A stretch of 64,000 nt of DNA from Lepidodermella squamata (lineage: Eukaryota > Animalia > Gastrotricha). The position numbers and the translations under genes are program-made. The stretch spans positions 868,001 through 932,000 of the forward strand of contig JBLDXI010000004.1 of NCBI GenBank assembly GCA_047495785.1. The letters run 5' to 3'. This document shows positions 48,559-59,854 of this stretch, in pieces. The notes beneath the pieces were generated by a model, which was given only the letters and a program-made list of their open reading frames with translations, searched no databases and had not been told where the DNA came from. Position 1 is the first letter of the stretch. Each line of letters opens with the position of its first letter.

Positions 48559-51500
48559 ATGGTTTCTTATCACTGTGCTCTGCTGCTGATCCTATTGCTG
48601 GCGTCAAGTGACCCGGCTTCGGGTAAAGAGTTGAGCTGGGTTCGCTGCTTCTCGCAGTTCAGCAACCGATTCACCAACTGCGTACCAGCTGCCGATGGCT
48701 GTAATCCACTCACTGAATTCCAGGTTTGCCACAATTTACTTGCATGCGTACAGTAACCTGATGATTGTTGAATTTTTTACCAACTAGTGGGGCGGCATTT
48801 TTCAAACGACTGGCGTCTGCAACAATGGGGTTAGTTTTACTCTTCAGTTTATTGTTTGTTAATTAAATCCTCTGTTTTGTCTATAGAATGCCCGAATGTG
48901 CTACAAATACGAGGCTCTTACTCCGTTTTGTGTACCTGGTAACATTGGCTGTAACAACCCGGGTGATATGAATGTAAGCCTCGTTTCATTTTTTGAAGTC
49001 TCTAAACTCTAAATAAAAATCTTATTTTTCTACTTTTTTCACATCAATCTTCAAACACAAAAAAAGTCAAAATAATTCTTTTGATTCTTGGCAAATTTTA
49101 AGATGAGGTCTCCTGAATTCTGAATAATGACCAGCATTTTATTCTGATTTTAATTTGTTAAAACAGCAAAATCTCATTTTCGATTTTTGATGTACATATT
49201 AACTTTGCATCCCGCACTCGGTGCGGGAATGAACCGTCATTCTCATCCCGCAGCATCCCGCATTTCATCCCGTAGTCCATCCCGCGTATCCCGCAGTTCA
49301 TCCCGCAGTCCATCCCGCCTATCCCGCAGTCTATCCCGCACCGCGTCCCGCAGCTGAGATTATGGAGGGTGCGGGATCACGCAACGGTCCTGCTGAAGAA
49401 GTGCGGGATGGCAGCTGCGGGATGGTGTGCAGGATGGTGCGGGATAACAGTGCGGAAAAGAAACTAACGATCTTTCCATAGTGAATTTATTGGAGCTGTT
49501 ATTGCAAAAAGGGCGGCACGCGACCACTTTTTATGACACCAAACACCCTATCCGCCCATTATAATTTTAATTAATTTCAAAAAATAAAAAAGCCTAAGGT
49601 ACCTCTTTTGAAAATTTTGATTTTCTGCTCATAAATAAGCAGCCCTCTATCTATTGATACCAGGCACACCTAGTGTTCCCGCATGAATACTTTTCTGAAA
49701 TTCGCCAAAAAGGGCTATATTTGGTGTTTTTGGGCAAAATTGCCATTCTTCTGCCACTTCGAGCACTAGGTGTGCCTGGTATCAATAGATAGAGGGCTGC
49801 TTTTAGTATTTATGAGCAGAAAATCAAAATTTTCAAAAGAGGTACCTTAGGCTTTTTCATTTTTTGAAATTAATTAAAATTATAATGGGCGGATAGGGTG
49901 TTGGGTGTCATAAGAAGTGGTCGCGTGCCGCCCTTTTTGCAATAACAGCTCGAATAAATTCACTATGGAAAGATCGTTAGTTTCTTTTCTGTTACAGTGT
50001 TGTCAATGGTTCGACACAATACGAATAGGTGTACAAATAAGAGGCCCTTACTCCGTTTACCGAACCTTGTAACATTGGCTGTACAACCTGGTTGATTTGA
50101 ATGTGAGCCTCGATTCATTCACCAATCAAACATCAAATTTCAAATTTTATTGCTTTATTGTTAATACATTGTTTTGTTTTACTTTTGCCGCAGACGTTCT
50201 GGTTTAACGATCAGAATGCGACGTTGAGCTTGAAATTTAACCTCAACGAATGCGAGAAAAAGAAAGCTACATTCGAGGTAAGATTTTAGAAAACTTGGTC
50301 ATAATGCATTGTTCTTTATATTTGCATCTTTCCAGACTTGGAAATTTCGGCGCTGTACGTCGAACAACGTCATCAAAACGTGTGTTCCGGATCCTTATTC
50401 CTGCCCCAACAACTGGGTGCGTCCTTTCCGCAATCATGGGCGTCGTATCTTTGATTCTCGGTTTCGTTTCGTCTACAGGTTACTGAATCACTTTTGTATC
50501 CCGATCTCGCGTCTGGCATCAATGGAACAGGTTTGCGAAATTGATTTATTTTATCGGAGTCATGTGACATGAGAAGTAAATCACATATTCATCAGAATAA
50601 TCAAAAAACAACATGTTTACTGTGAAGAAGGAAACCATGGCTTATACAGTGTGTTTTTTAAGGAATCCAGTGGTGTTGACTTTATGTTTTTTGGTGTTGT
50701 CATAAAGACATGGATAAAAAATCGTTCGATCGCTCGCTGCGCTCGCTCGCGATATCCTCATTTGTCAATACTTCGATTCTGTTGATAGTGAGGAATGATT
50801 ATGTAAACTTGTGAGCGCAGCGAGCTTAAGCTAACGGTTTTTCACGTAATTTTGGCTGAAAGTAGTCTAAAATAGGATGTTTTTCGCGTCATGATGACGA
50901 ATCTCTCCGCGAGGCACTCTAGCGACTTGCAAGATGTTACCCGTGAGTAAACGTAAGAAAATATAAAAGCCATTAGTAAATTTCACACATAATAAATCTC
51001 AGAAATTTTCTTGTTATTTTTCAATGCGGTGGACATTTTTCAGGAATAAGAGCTTAAATCAAAAGTGTTATTCTAAGGCGGTTCAATTCTCTCCCAAATT
51101 CGGCCGCAGGGTGCGATCTTGGATCCCGGAGCTGTCAGGAATGGAAATTGTATTTCCTGTATTTGCTAAACTCCACTAATAAGCGAGCGAAGCGAGAAAA
51201 TTTTGAAGATTTCTAACTGAAACACGCTCCTAAACCTCTAAAAATGAACAAACCTGTGGGATAAATTCTCATTTTGCTGTCTGGCCCGGGTGATGCGCCT
51301 TTTTTTGGTGTTGACATTGTCAACCATGTCCACCCCTTAAAAAAAACTCTGGCTTATAGGTTTAGGAAATCAGGAAATTTCATCATCAAACATTGGCCAC
51401 GGCTATTGTTTTTCTCAGCACTCGAAAAAATCGGGCTTTTATTCGAGGCTTTTTTTATCTTGGAGATAATATTATTCAAAGAAATTCGGTATTTCAAAAG

Positions 51501-54500
51501 CTGCGTCCTGGTAAGTCTCATGGAAAGGCGCTATGTTTTCGTGTTTTTTCAGTCACGGTGCCTGTGAGCGAGAAGCCGCACGTCCGCTTTTTCGACTCGG
51601 CAACTGGCAAATTCGACGGCTGCCGACCACAAAGCACTGGCTGCTTGGCTAACAACGAAACTCAGCAATATTCAGCAAATGTTTACATCAACTATCAAAG
51701 CTGCCTGCTCGGAGTAAGTCTCTTCTAATTTACCCGCATTTGATGTCTATAATTTCATTTTTGAACAGAACGCGGTTTCATGCAAAGATTCGTCTAACCG
51801 AAGTTCATGCTACGCCGCCTGCCCTCGAGACCTAACCCAGGTGAAACTTTGAAAACTCACGAATAAATTTTCCTATGGCAATGATTCTAAAACAGGTTAA
51901 GCTCTTCTCGGACTCGCAGTCTTTCGAAGTGAACCACGGCAAGTGCATCGATGAGATATCGCCCACGGTGAGTTCGCACTAACTCGAAATCACGAATGTC
52001 GCTAGCTAGTCGCAAGTTCAACTGAAATTATATTTGTATGGTATGACACAGGGTTCGATCTTCGATCCCGGAGCTGCCGGGGATGGAAAAATTTTTTTTG
52101 CTGTATTTGCCAAAATGACTGGTCATTTTGAATTACGGTGTGGCTATTGGCACATAATTATGTGCCTCTTATTGGCTATTGGCACATACATTATGTGCCC
52201 CTTAATGGCTATTGGCACATAACGCTAATTTCAATTTTCGATGTTTTAGAAAGTCACGCATCGAAATGTTCCACGAGTATTGATATTAGGGTTTTCATCT
52301 ACGGGGAATCGAATGGCCATATCGAAATTGCAGTCATGGGCCCACAAATCGGGGTATCCGTCATCTAATGGGTAGCCCAAATAGAGTATCTGAAGTCTAT
52401 CGCATAGTTACGTGAAATCCGACGATTCCAGTGAATTCGCCGCCCCTAGATTGCTAATGCAAGGTTGAAATGCTGGTATCTGGGAATTAAACTCCCGAAA
52501 AAAGCAGTTAAATGAAAAATGTTATGTGCCAATAGCCATTAAGGGGCACATAATTATGTGCCAATTCGGTATTTCAAAAGCTGCGTCCTGGTAAGTCTCA
52601 TGGAAAGGCGCTATGTTTTCGTGTTTTTTCAGTCACGGTGCCTGTGAGCGAGAAGCCGCACGTCCGCTTTTTCGACTCGGCAACTGGCAAATTCGACGGC
52701 TGCCGACCACAAAGCACTGGCTGCTTGGCTAACAACGAAACTCAGCAATATTCAGCAAATGTTTACATCAACTATCAAAGCTGCCTGCTCGGAGTAAGTC
52801 TCTTCTAATTTACCCGCATTTGATGTCTATAATTTCATTTTTGAACAGAACGCGGTTTCATGCAAAGATTCGTCTAACCGAAGTTTATGCTACGCCGCCT
52901 GCCCTCGAGACCTAACCCAGGTGAAACTTTGAAAACTCACGAATAAATTTTCCTATGGCAATGATTCTAAAACAGGTTAAGCTCTTCTCGGACTCGCAGT
53001 CTTTCGAAGTGAACCACGGCAAGTGCATCGATGAGATATCGCCCACGGTGAGTTCGCACTAACTCGAAATCACGAATGTCGCTAGCTAGTCGCAAGTTCA
53101 ACTGAAATTATATTTGTATGGTATGACACAGGGTTCGATCTTCGATCCCGGAGCTGCCGGGGATGGAAAAATTTTTTTTGCTGTATTTGCCAAAATGACT
53201 GGTCATTTTGAATTACGGTGTGGCTATTGGCACATAATTATGTGCCTCTTATTGGCTATTGGCACATACATTATGTGCCCCTTAATGGCTATTGGCACAT
53301 AACATTTTTCATTTAACTGCTTTTTTCGGGAGTTTAATTCCCAGATACCAGCATTTCAACCTTGCATTAGCAATCTAGGGGCGGCGAATTCACTGGAATC
53401 GTCGGATTTCACGTAACTATGCGATAGACTTCAGATACTCTATTTGGGCTACCCATTAGATGACGGATACCCCGATTTGTGGGCCCATGACTGCAATTTC
53501 GATATGGCCATTCGATTCCCCGTAGATGAAAACCCTAATATCAATACTCGTGGAACATTTCGATGCGTGACTTTCTAAAACATCGAAAATTGAAATTAGC
53601 GTTATGTGCCAATAGCCATTAAGGGGCACATAATGTATGTGCCAATAGCCAATAAGAGGCACATAATTATGTGCCAATAGCAACACCCTTTGAATTATAA
53701 CCGAGCGAAGCGAGAAATTTTTTAAAATGTCCCACTAAAACATGCTCTACAACCTCTCAAAATTAACAAAACAGTGGGATAAATTCTCCTTTTGTCGTCT
53801 GGCCCGGCCGAGCTGGGGGTGATGATCCCCCCCACCCCCCCCTGAAAGTCGCACACTGGTATGACATGAGTAAAACGTTTATATCTGTACGGAGCCGCCC
53901 GAGATTTACGAGTCGGAACGAGCCGGAGGCGAGTTGCGATGAGTAAATCGAGTGCGGCGAGTTCAGATATGAACGATTTACGAATGTTATACCGTAAAAT
54001 ATCGAATTGTCATAGCGACTCGACCTATATTTTTGGCGACAATTCTATATTTTATGGCATATGGCCTAGTTTGAGCTTGTGGTTTGATGGTATAGCAATA
54101 AGGCAATCAGTTTAGCTACGAGATTTCCAGGCCTCATTCGGACAACCCGATGAAAGGAAAGCCGTATTCCATGTTCACCCGCTTACTTTGGATGTTCAAA
54201 TGCCTTTTAAATTTCCAATTCCTTAAACTGAAAGATCTCTAAAAAGAATGGGATTGGGACGTAATTTCAATGTTTTCGGGCCCTACCGTTTCAACTGAAC
54301 CGCGCTGCATAACGATGGCGTATTCACAAAATTGCGGCATCTTTTATTGAATAATTGATTAATCAATTATTTTTTTGATTAATTGAAATCAGCAGCAAAA
54401 CGTATGATACATTTTACGAGACTAACGGGATGGAAAGAGGGGCGTGGCGTGAGGGAGCACTCTGTGTTATCACCTGGCTTTATTACTATCATTTTAAACA

Positions 54501-55073
54501 AAAAAAAATTACTGTCTTACTGTCCCATGCAAATTTTAGCCGGCTGCGTATTTCCGCTGCGTCGATAACAGCGATGGAACAGTTCACTGTGTCACGGCGT
54601 CGGCAGGCTGCAATGCGGCAACTCAGCTTCGAATTCCGGCTAATTTGGTCTATCCGGACGAGGGCACTTGCAAGAATGCGACCAAGATGTACACGGTAGT
54701 AGTTTCTCGTGGACTCAGAGCTCATCTCTTGCCCAAATGCGCCGAGATAAATGCTACATTTGCCACGATTAGATCTGACGCCGAGCTAGCCGCCGCTAGG
54801 CTCGCGCTCGAGCAGGCTAGCTCTGCACTAGGTTCCACGGTTTATACGACATTGGTCGCTCTCAGTCGGCAAAACGGCATACTCAAATGGGATGACGGAT
54901 CGAGCTTCACTTACGTCGAAACGCAATGGGCTATGGTTCCATCTGATGATGGGTGTCCACGTTTAGTTTACTATTCTAAAGGTTCAAATAACCTTCCATC
55001 AGACGGTTATTACTATTTGTTAGATGATTGTGATAATACCTTTTCATACGGTATCTTGTGCGAGTATTTTTAG
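48559..55073 (+). CDS. Paralog E: inverted-orientation 4-Cys-module/CTLD gene (alpha-type) with duplicated exons 7-9
   Basis: Exons 48559-48723, 48788-48829, 48887-48973, 50194-50277, 50336-50416, 50479-50530, 51553-51713, 51769-51840, 51896-51967 (copies at 52633-52793, 52849-52920, 52976-53047), 54540-55073. Confidence 0.8.
49207..49455. repeat. (ATCCCGCA)-like minisatellite followed by its reverse complement
   Basis: Multiple atcccgc units followed by multiple gcgggat units. Confidence 0.85.
49456..49989. mobile_element. Near-perfect palindromic foldback element (~225-bp arms)
   Basis: aaaagaaactaacgatctttccatagtg...cacctagtg mirrored at ~49764-49989. Confidence 0.9.
50022..50103 (+). 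pseudogene. Degenerate duplicate of exon 3 of paralog E
   Basis: Aligns to 48893-48973 plus the following intron bases. Contains TAA, indels and lost Cys codons. Confidence 0.8.
50647..51351. mobile_element. hAT-like MITE in intron 6 of paralog E
   Basis: cagtgtgttttttaagg / ccttaaaaaaaactctg, with gcttata duplicated on the flanks. Confidence 0.65.
51483..53302 (+). repeat. 1080-bp-period tandem duplication covering exons 7-9 of paralog E
   Basis: aattcggtatttcaaaagctgcg at 51483 and 52563. One substitution seen (51806 c vs 52886 t). Confidence 0.95.
53129..53858. mobile_element. hAT-type MITE
   Basis: cagggttcga...tcgcacactg with 8-bp TSD gtatgaca (53121-53128, 53859-53866). Confidence 0.85.
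53216..53688. mobile_element. Nested Mutator-like MITE with repeat-built TIRs
   Basis: 9-bp TSD tttgaatta. ~87-bp TIRs built from ggctattggcacata units. Confidence 0.85.
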
Positions 55074-55125
55074 TGAAGCTATGAGTATCGAGCCTTTTCG
55101 CGACGAAGTGAAGGTGAATAATTGT

Positions 55126-56530
55126 CAGAGCTTTGGATTTGATTTGATTTGATTTACGGCTTAAATCACGGACCTCCTTCAATCAATCAAAATCGATCTT
55201 GTCCCAATTTTCCAGGACTAAAGCCATCAAATCAAATCATCGACAACCATGAATCCAGACTTGGGAAAACTCCTGAGTAGGACGATTCAAAATTCTTCGA
55301 TTCTGATTCCGATTTTTAAAAGTAGATTCTTGACTCCTGAGTCTGAAAATAGATTCCGATTCTAACCCATTCAATTCTGATTCCCGATTCTGAAAAAATT
55401 CTCGGTTTTATCGTAACGTGCGCCTGAATATTAAAAATTAAAAACCAAACCACACCTTTGACACGCGTTTACATACAATTCGGTCAATGCTCTTTTCTGC
55501 TGGGTTACATGAGTGGACTTCTACCATGTTTCTCGTACTCACCTTAGCGGCGCACAGCTTAGCGGGCTTGCCCTGCGATGAAAATAGGTAGTAAAACGGC
55601 CTGGCATTAGTGCGCGCGCATTCGCACAAGACGTACGTGATCACCTGTACTCGCCAATAATTGTACACGCAACGCTATTGGATACGCAATCACACCGCGC
55701 GCGTCTGTTCTTGGAGCTGTAATGCGATTGGTTGACAATCATGTAAACACAGCGTGTCATAATTATAACTGAAACGCTATTGGCTGGTCAGTAAATGTTT
55801 ACAAGTTAACCTGGGCAAATTGCCCGCTTATATTTTTACTCGGCACGCTATTGGTCTACGCTAACTTGACGCGCGCGCGATCGGAAATTTTATTGGCGGA
55901 AAGTTTCTCTCGCGGCAATACGCAAAGTCACGTGATGCTATGTTTAACGTGGCGGTTGATTGGAGGCGAAGACAGCGCGCGTTAATGCCAATCACGTGAG
56001 CTAATGTTTAACGTAACGCTATTGGTTGACAAATTGATAGGCAAAGGTGGAGGCAGCGCGCGTTAATGCCGGTTTTAGGAATCGCGATTCTCTGCGTCTT
56101 CCCGATTCTCGACGGTGCCGATTCTGATTCCGACTCTCAAAAAACGATTCGCGAAATGTTCGATTCAAAATTCCCTAAAGAATCGGAGTCAGAACCGAGA
56201 ATCTCGATTCTTTAGAGTCGAATCCCCAAGTCTGCATGAATCACAATAAATCGCGAAACATCGGGATTTTCAGGAAGTTGGGGGCTTCGAAATGTCAAGA
56301 AATTGATAAAATAACGCGAATTTGAAGTAACTATCTCTTTCCATAGCAAATTTTCATTAAAAAGGAGGTTTGTACTTGTTTTTGCGGTATGTATCAAGTT
56401 TTTCGATTGCATCACCAAGGCTAAATCGAAATCAATCAAATCAGAATGCTTCCCCGCGTAAATCAATCATTTTAAATCTAAATCAGTCAAAATAGGGTCT
56501 AAATCAAATCAAATCTAATCCAAAGCACTG
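55126..56530. mobile_element. (ATTTG)n hAT-type MITE just after the stop of paralog E
   Basis: cagagctttgga/tccaaagcactg TIRs and 8-bp TSD ataattgt. Confidence 0.88.
55256..56234. mobile_element. Nested hAT-type non-autonomous element with GATTC subterminal repeats
   Basis: cagacttggg/cccaagtctg TIRs and 8-bp TSD catgaatc. Confidence 0.88.
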
Positions 56531-56827
56531 ATAATTGTATGTGATAGAAAGAAGAGATAACTGATCTGACTAATAGATAATTCCGCCGTGCATTTAGAAA
56601 TAAAGTGTGTGTGAAGTAATAGTGAAGCATGTATGGTCTTCTACGGGGCACTCTGATGACTCTGATTACGCTCAGTAATTGTGATGATTATGGTGACGCT
56701 GTGGTACACCTTTCTTCTGAACAATGCCTTGTGAGAAGCCGAAGTAAAATAATACTTTTTGGGGAGATTATATTCTTCTGGCACTTGAACAATTGCTTCA
56801 CCGAGCATTTGACAGCCGTTTACCGAG

Positions 56828-58602
56828 CCGTTTACAGGCCAACGTTCCCATTTGGGAACATGATATTTGAAGCTTGACAGATTTGTAACTAAAGCTCCTA
56901 TAGTCGCAAAAAAAGTTGCAAAATGAACACCAAATCGTAAACTGTCAATGAGAATCTTTCCGGATTTTTATCCCTTATCGAAAAAATGGCCAATCGCCAA
57001 TCGATGTCGATTTTTGGTCATTTTCGATTTTTCGATTTTTTTTTAGATTTACTCGAAAACAAGACTCATAACAATTTATTATTTCGTTTCTAAGCAGAGT
57101 TAAGCGTCAACTATAAAAAAACTAATTATTTATGTCATCCCATGCGTGACCATTAATGGCAGATGGCATCGTTACGCAATGAGCATGTTCCCATTTGGGA
57201 ACGTTGGGACTTACATGGCACATCAACATGGTATATCGGTGATAACATTTTACTACGTATTTATCACCAAAACATTGCGTAATTCGTTGAAATTCGATCG
57301 CGTGCGAGTATTATCGCGAGTAGCGTGTGGAAACAAAAAATAAAGCGCGGTGAGGGTTTTTTATCATCACAACAACACACCGTTATCATAATCAATCATA
57401 ATTGATCATAAATAAGTTATCATAATCGCCATCATGGAACTAAACGACCTTCTCAATTTAATGTAAGATATTTTCAAAGTTTTGATTTCGCAATTAATTC
57501 GTAGTCCAGCGCAACACATCCCAACGGGAGTGGCTCACATTCTTTAACACTACGGCAGTAGCAGAAAAGATGTCTACCGTAGGCTCTACGGTATACTAGT
57601 GGTAAATTTTGTATGGAAATGGGATTCATGCGGGCACAATCATCTACAATCAGGAATGGGTAAAAACGTTTTTCATCACCCGCTTCCACGAGCCGTCTAG
57701 TGGCAATATCGTCGAAGGCAGGGTGCGAAGTACAGGGGTGTCGCAACACCCCAGCTTCGGGACTCCAACCAGGAGTAGGCTGAGAAATCCACAGGGGGGA
57801 CCCTTTCGTTTCTTAGGCTGGGTGCCGGAGAAACCCAGAAAACATCTCAATTCCTGGGTCCTACTTCGCACACTGGTCGAAGGTTACCATGTTACATCTG
57901 AGCAAATGCTCTCTGCCAGGTGGCCGGACCCCAACTGTAAGTAAATTATGTCGCTAAATAATTAAAATACCAATCAATCTTGGTGAAGATGTGAGTAAAG
58001 GATAAGAGATTTGGGTTCATTTATTTTACAATTTTAGAAATTTACTGGTTTTTTTTATTAAAATTCGAGGTTGAGGTTTGTAAAACATGCCAAAAAGTTT
58101 AGCATTTTGCTTGGAAGAGGCTGTTGATGAAGTAAGGCGGAGGAAGACCAGATCTCGTCCAATCGACTTGACTATTCTTCCACCTGATAATGGTAATGGG
58201 ATAGTTACAGATAAAGAAGATATCAATGATGAAGATCTGGATGTGATCGAGATGCCAGGTCATGTAACGGGTCCTGTCGATCTGGACTGGGATGAAGATG
58301 ACCCTGCTCTGGTTGACAATGAAAATGACTTCATTGCCGACCCGAAGCCGACAGATGAATTTGAGTTTGACTCGTTCGAAACTTTGAAATTCGGCATTAC
58401 ATTCCATGAAGCCAAGGACTACGTCAAGCGGAACTACGGCATTCTTTGGATTGGCACTATCAAGAGCGGTTTCAACAAGCAAACATGCTATTACGTCTGT
58501 AAGCATCGGAAGTCAGGCTCAAGGTTCGCGGGTTTCATTTCACTTCAAACTATTTACGAAAATTCGCGGAAATTTCACGACAATTTTTTCAACGGCGATT
58601 AA
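56828..58602 (+). mobile_element. piggyBac-like remnant (left end and transposase N-terminus)
   Basis: ccgtttacaggccaacgttcccatttgggaaca terminal-like motif, with the palindrome repeated at ~57187. ORF 58087-58602 has DLTILPPDN...TDKEDINDED, resembling PGBD-type N-termini. No catalytic core. Confidence 0.5.
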
Positions 58603-59854
58603 ATTCGCCCAGCAGGCACTGAATAAAGCTCAGGAATCCTGTCCGGTTAGACAGAAAATTGATCAGGTTGTAAAATGAGTCACAAAAATACCCACGTTTA
58701 CAGGTTTTAATTATTTTTAGTTCTCTCAAAATCACGATAAAACCGTGAAAATAAGCAAAAACAAGCTAATCACTGTTATTTAACAATGGAGTAATTACCA
58801 TCATTTACCATTCGAATAGTGTAGTGTAAAAGCGGCTATAAATATTACTTAGTTTATGGTTTTATCTGAATACTATATAAGCTTTTTTATTGCTCATACC
58901 TGACAGCGATTTTCATCAGCGCGCTGCGACCCCGCCAATTGCCGCATCTACCTGTGCTGTTGTTTAGCTGCTGGTCGTGCCGGCGAATCATGTCGACCTT
59001 TGGTTTGGGCTACTCGCAGCAATTTCTTAAATTTTTCAAATTTTGAAGATTTCATCAATAAAATACATGTGGTGTTGCGCTCTTCCTGTGTTAACTCAAG
59101 TGCGTGTTTATACACATTTTTTTACCCGAGTAAACTCAATTGGCACAAGTCCAAAAAAGGAGGTCCCGGATGAGTAAACACGTAGATTGCTGTATATTCT
59201 TTGAGTCAGTTTTGACCGATTGAGTATACTCAATTTGTATGGAGCTAAGAAGCTGCCGGCATTAGAGGGTTACGCTGTGTCTGCTTCAAAAAATTCAAAT
59301 TCATGAAATTTATTGTCCTAGGATCCACGCATACTCAGCGATATTCGCTGATCCCAAAAGCTTTTCTTACTTGCAGCTTTGATGGGCGAGGCTTGATTCT
59401 CGGAAAAATTGGAAACAATGGATTAATATCGATTTATTTTTGAAATATTGCCGGATTCACTTCAGGTTAAATTCTGGATTCATTCGAAAACCTAACGGGT
59501 GCGATCTTTCGCTCTCGCCAACTGACAACAGTGGAAATGAGACTCAATATGAAAAAATATCTTGTGGCGTGCTTGCCTCGACATTGCGGCTCCCAACACT
59601 GAAGGTTTTCTACGAATTCGGATCACCCCGAGCGACACAGCTTGAATACAATTTGCCGTTTTTGTGACTTGGTAGAATTTGAATAGATAACACATGATAC
59701 ACAGGATAACACAGGGAAACAAAATTGCATGCCCCGCTGGGTTATTTTCAAGAAAATACCCGTTGTTGTTGTAAGCATCAGTAGCTCATCGCGTAACATA
59801 AACGTACATTCCATAACCAAACGCAGTTTTCAAGCTCACCACTCGCACAGCCTT

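Noticed and set aside
52034-53686. Repeated small ORFs (MYGMTQ..., MWLLAHNY...)
   Set aside because: They lie wholly within duplicated or inverted MITE sequence.
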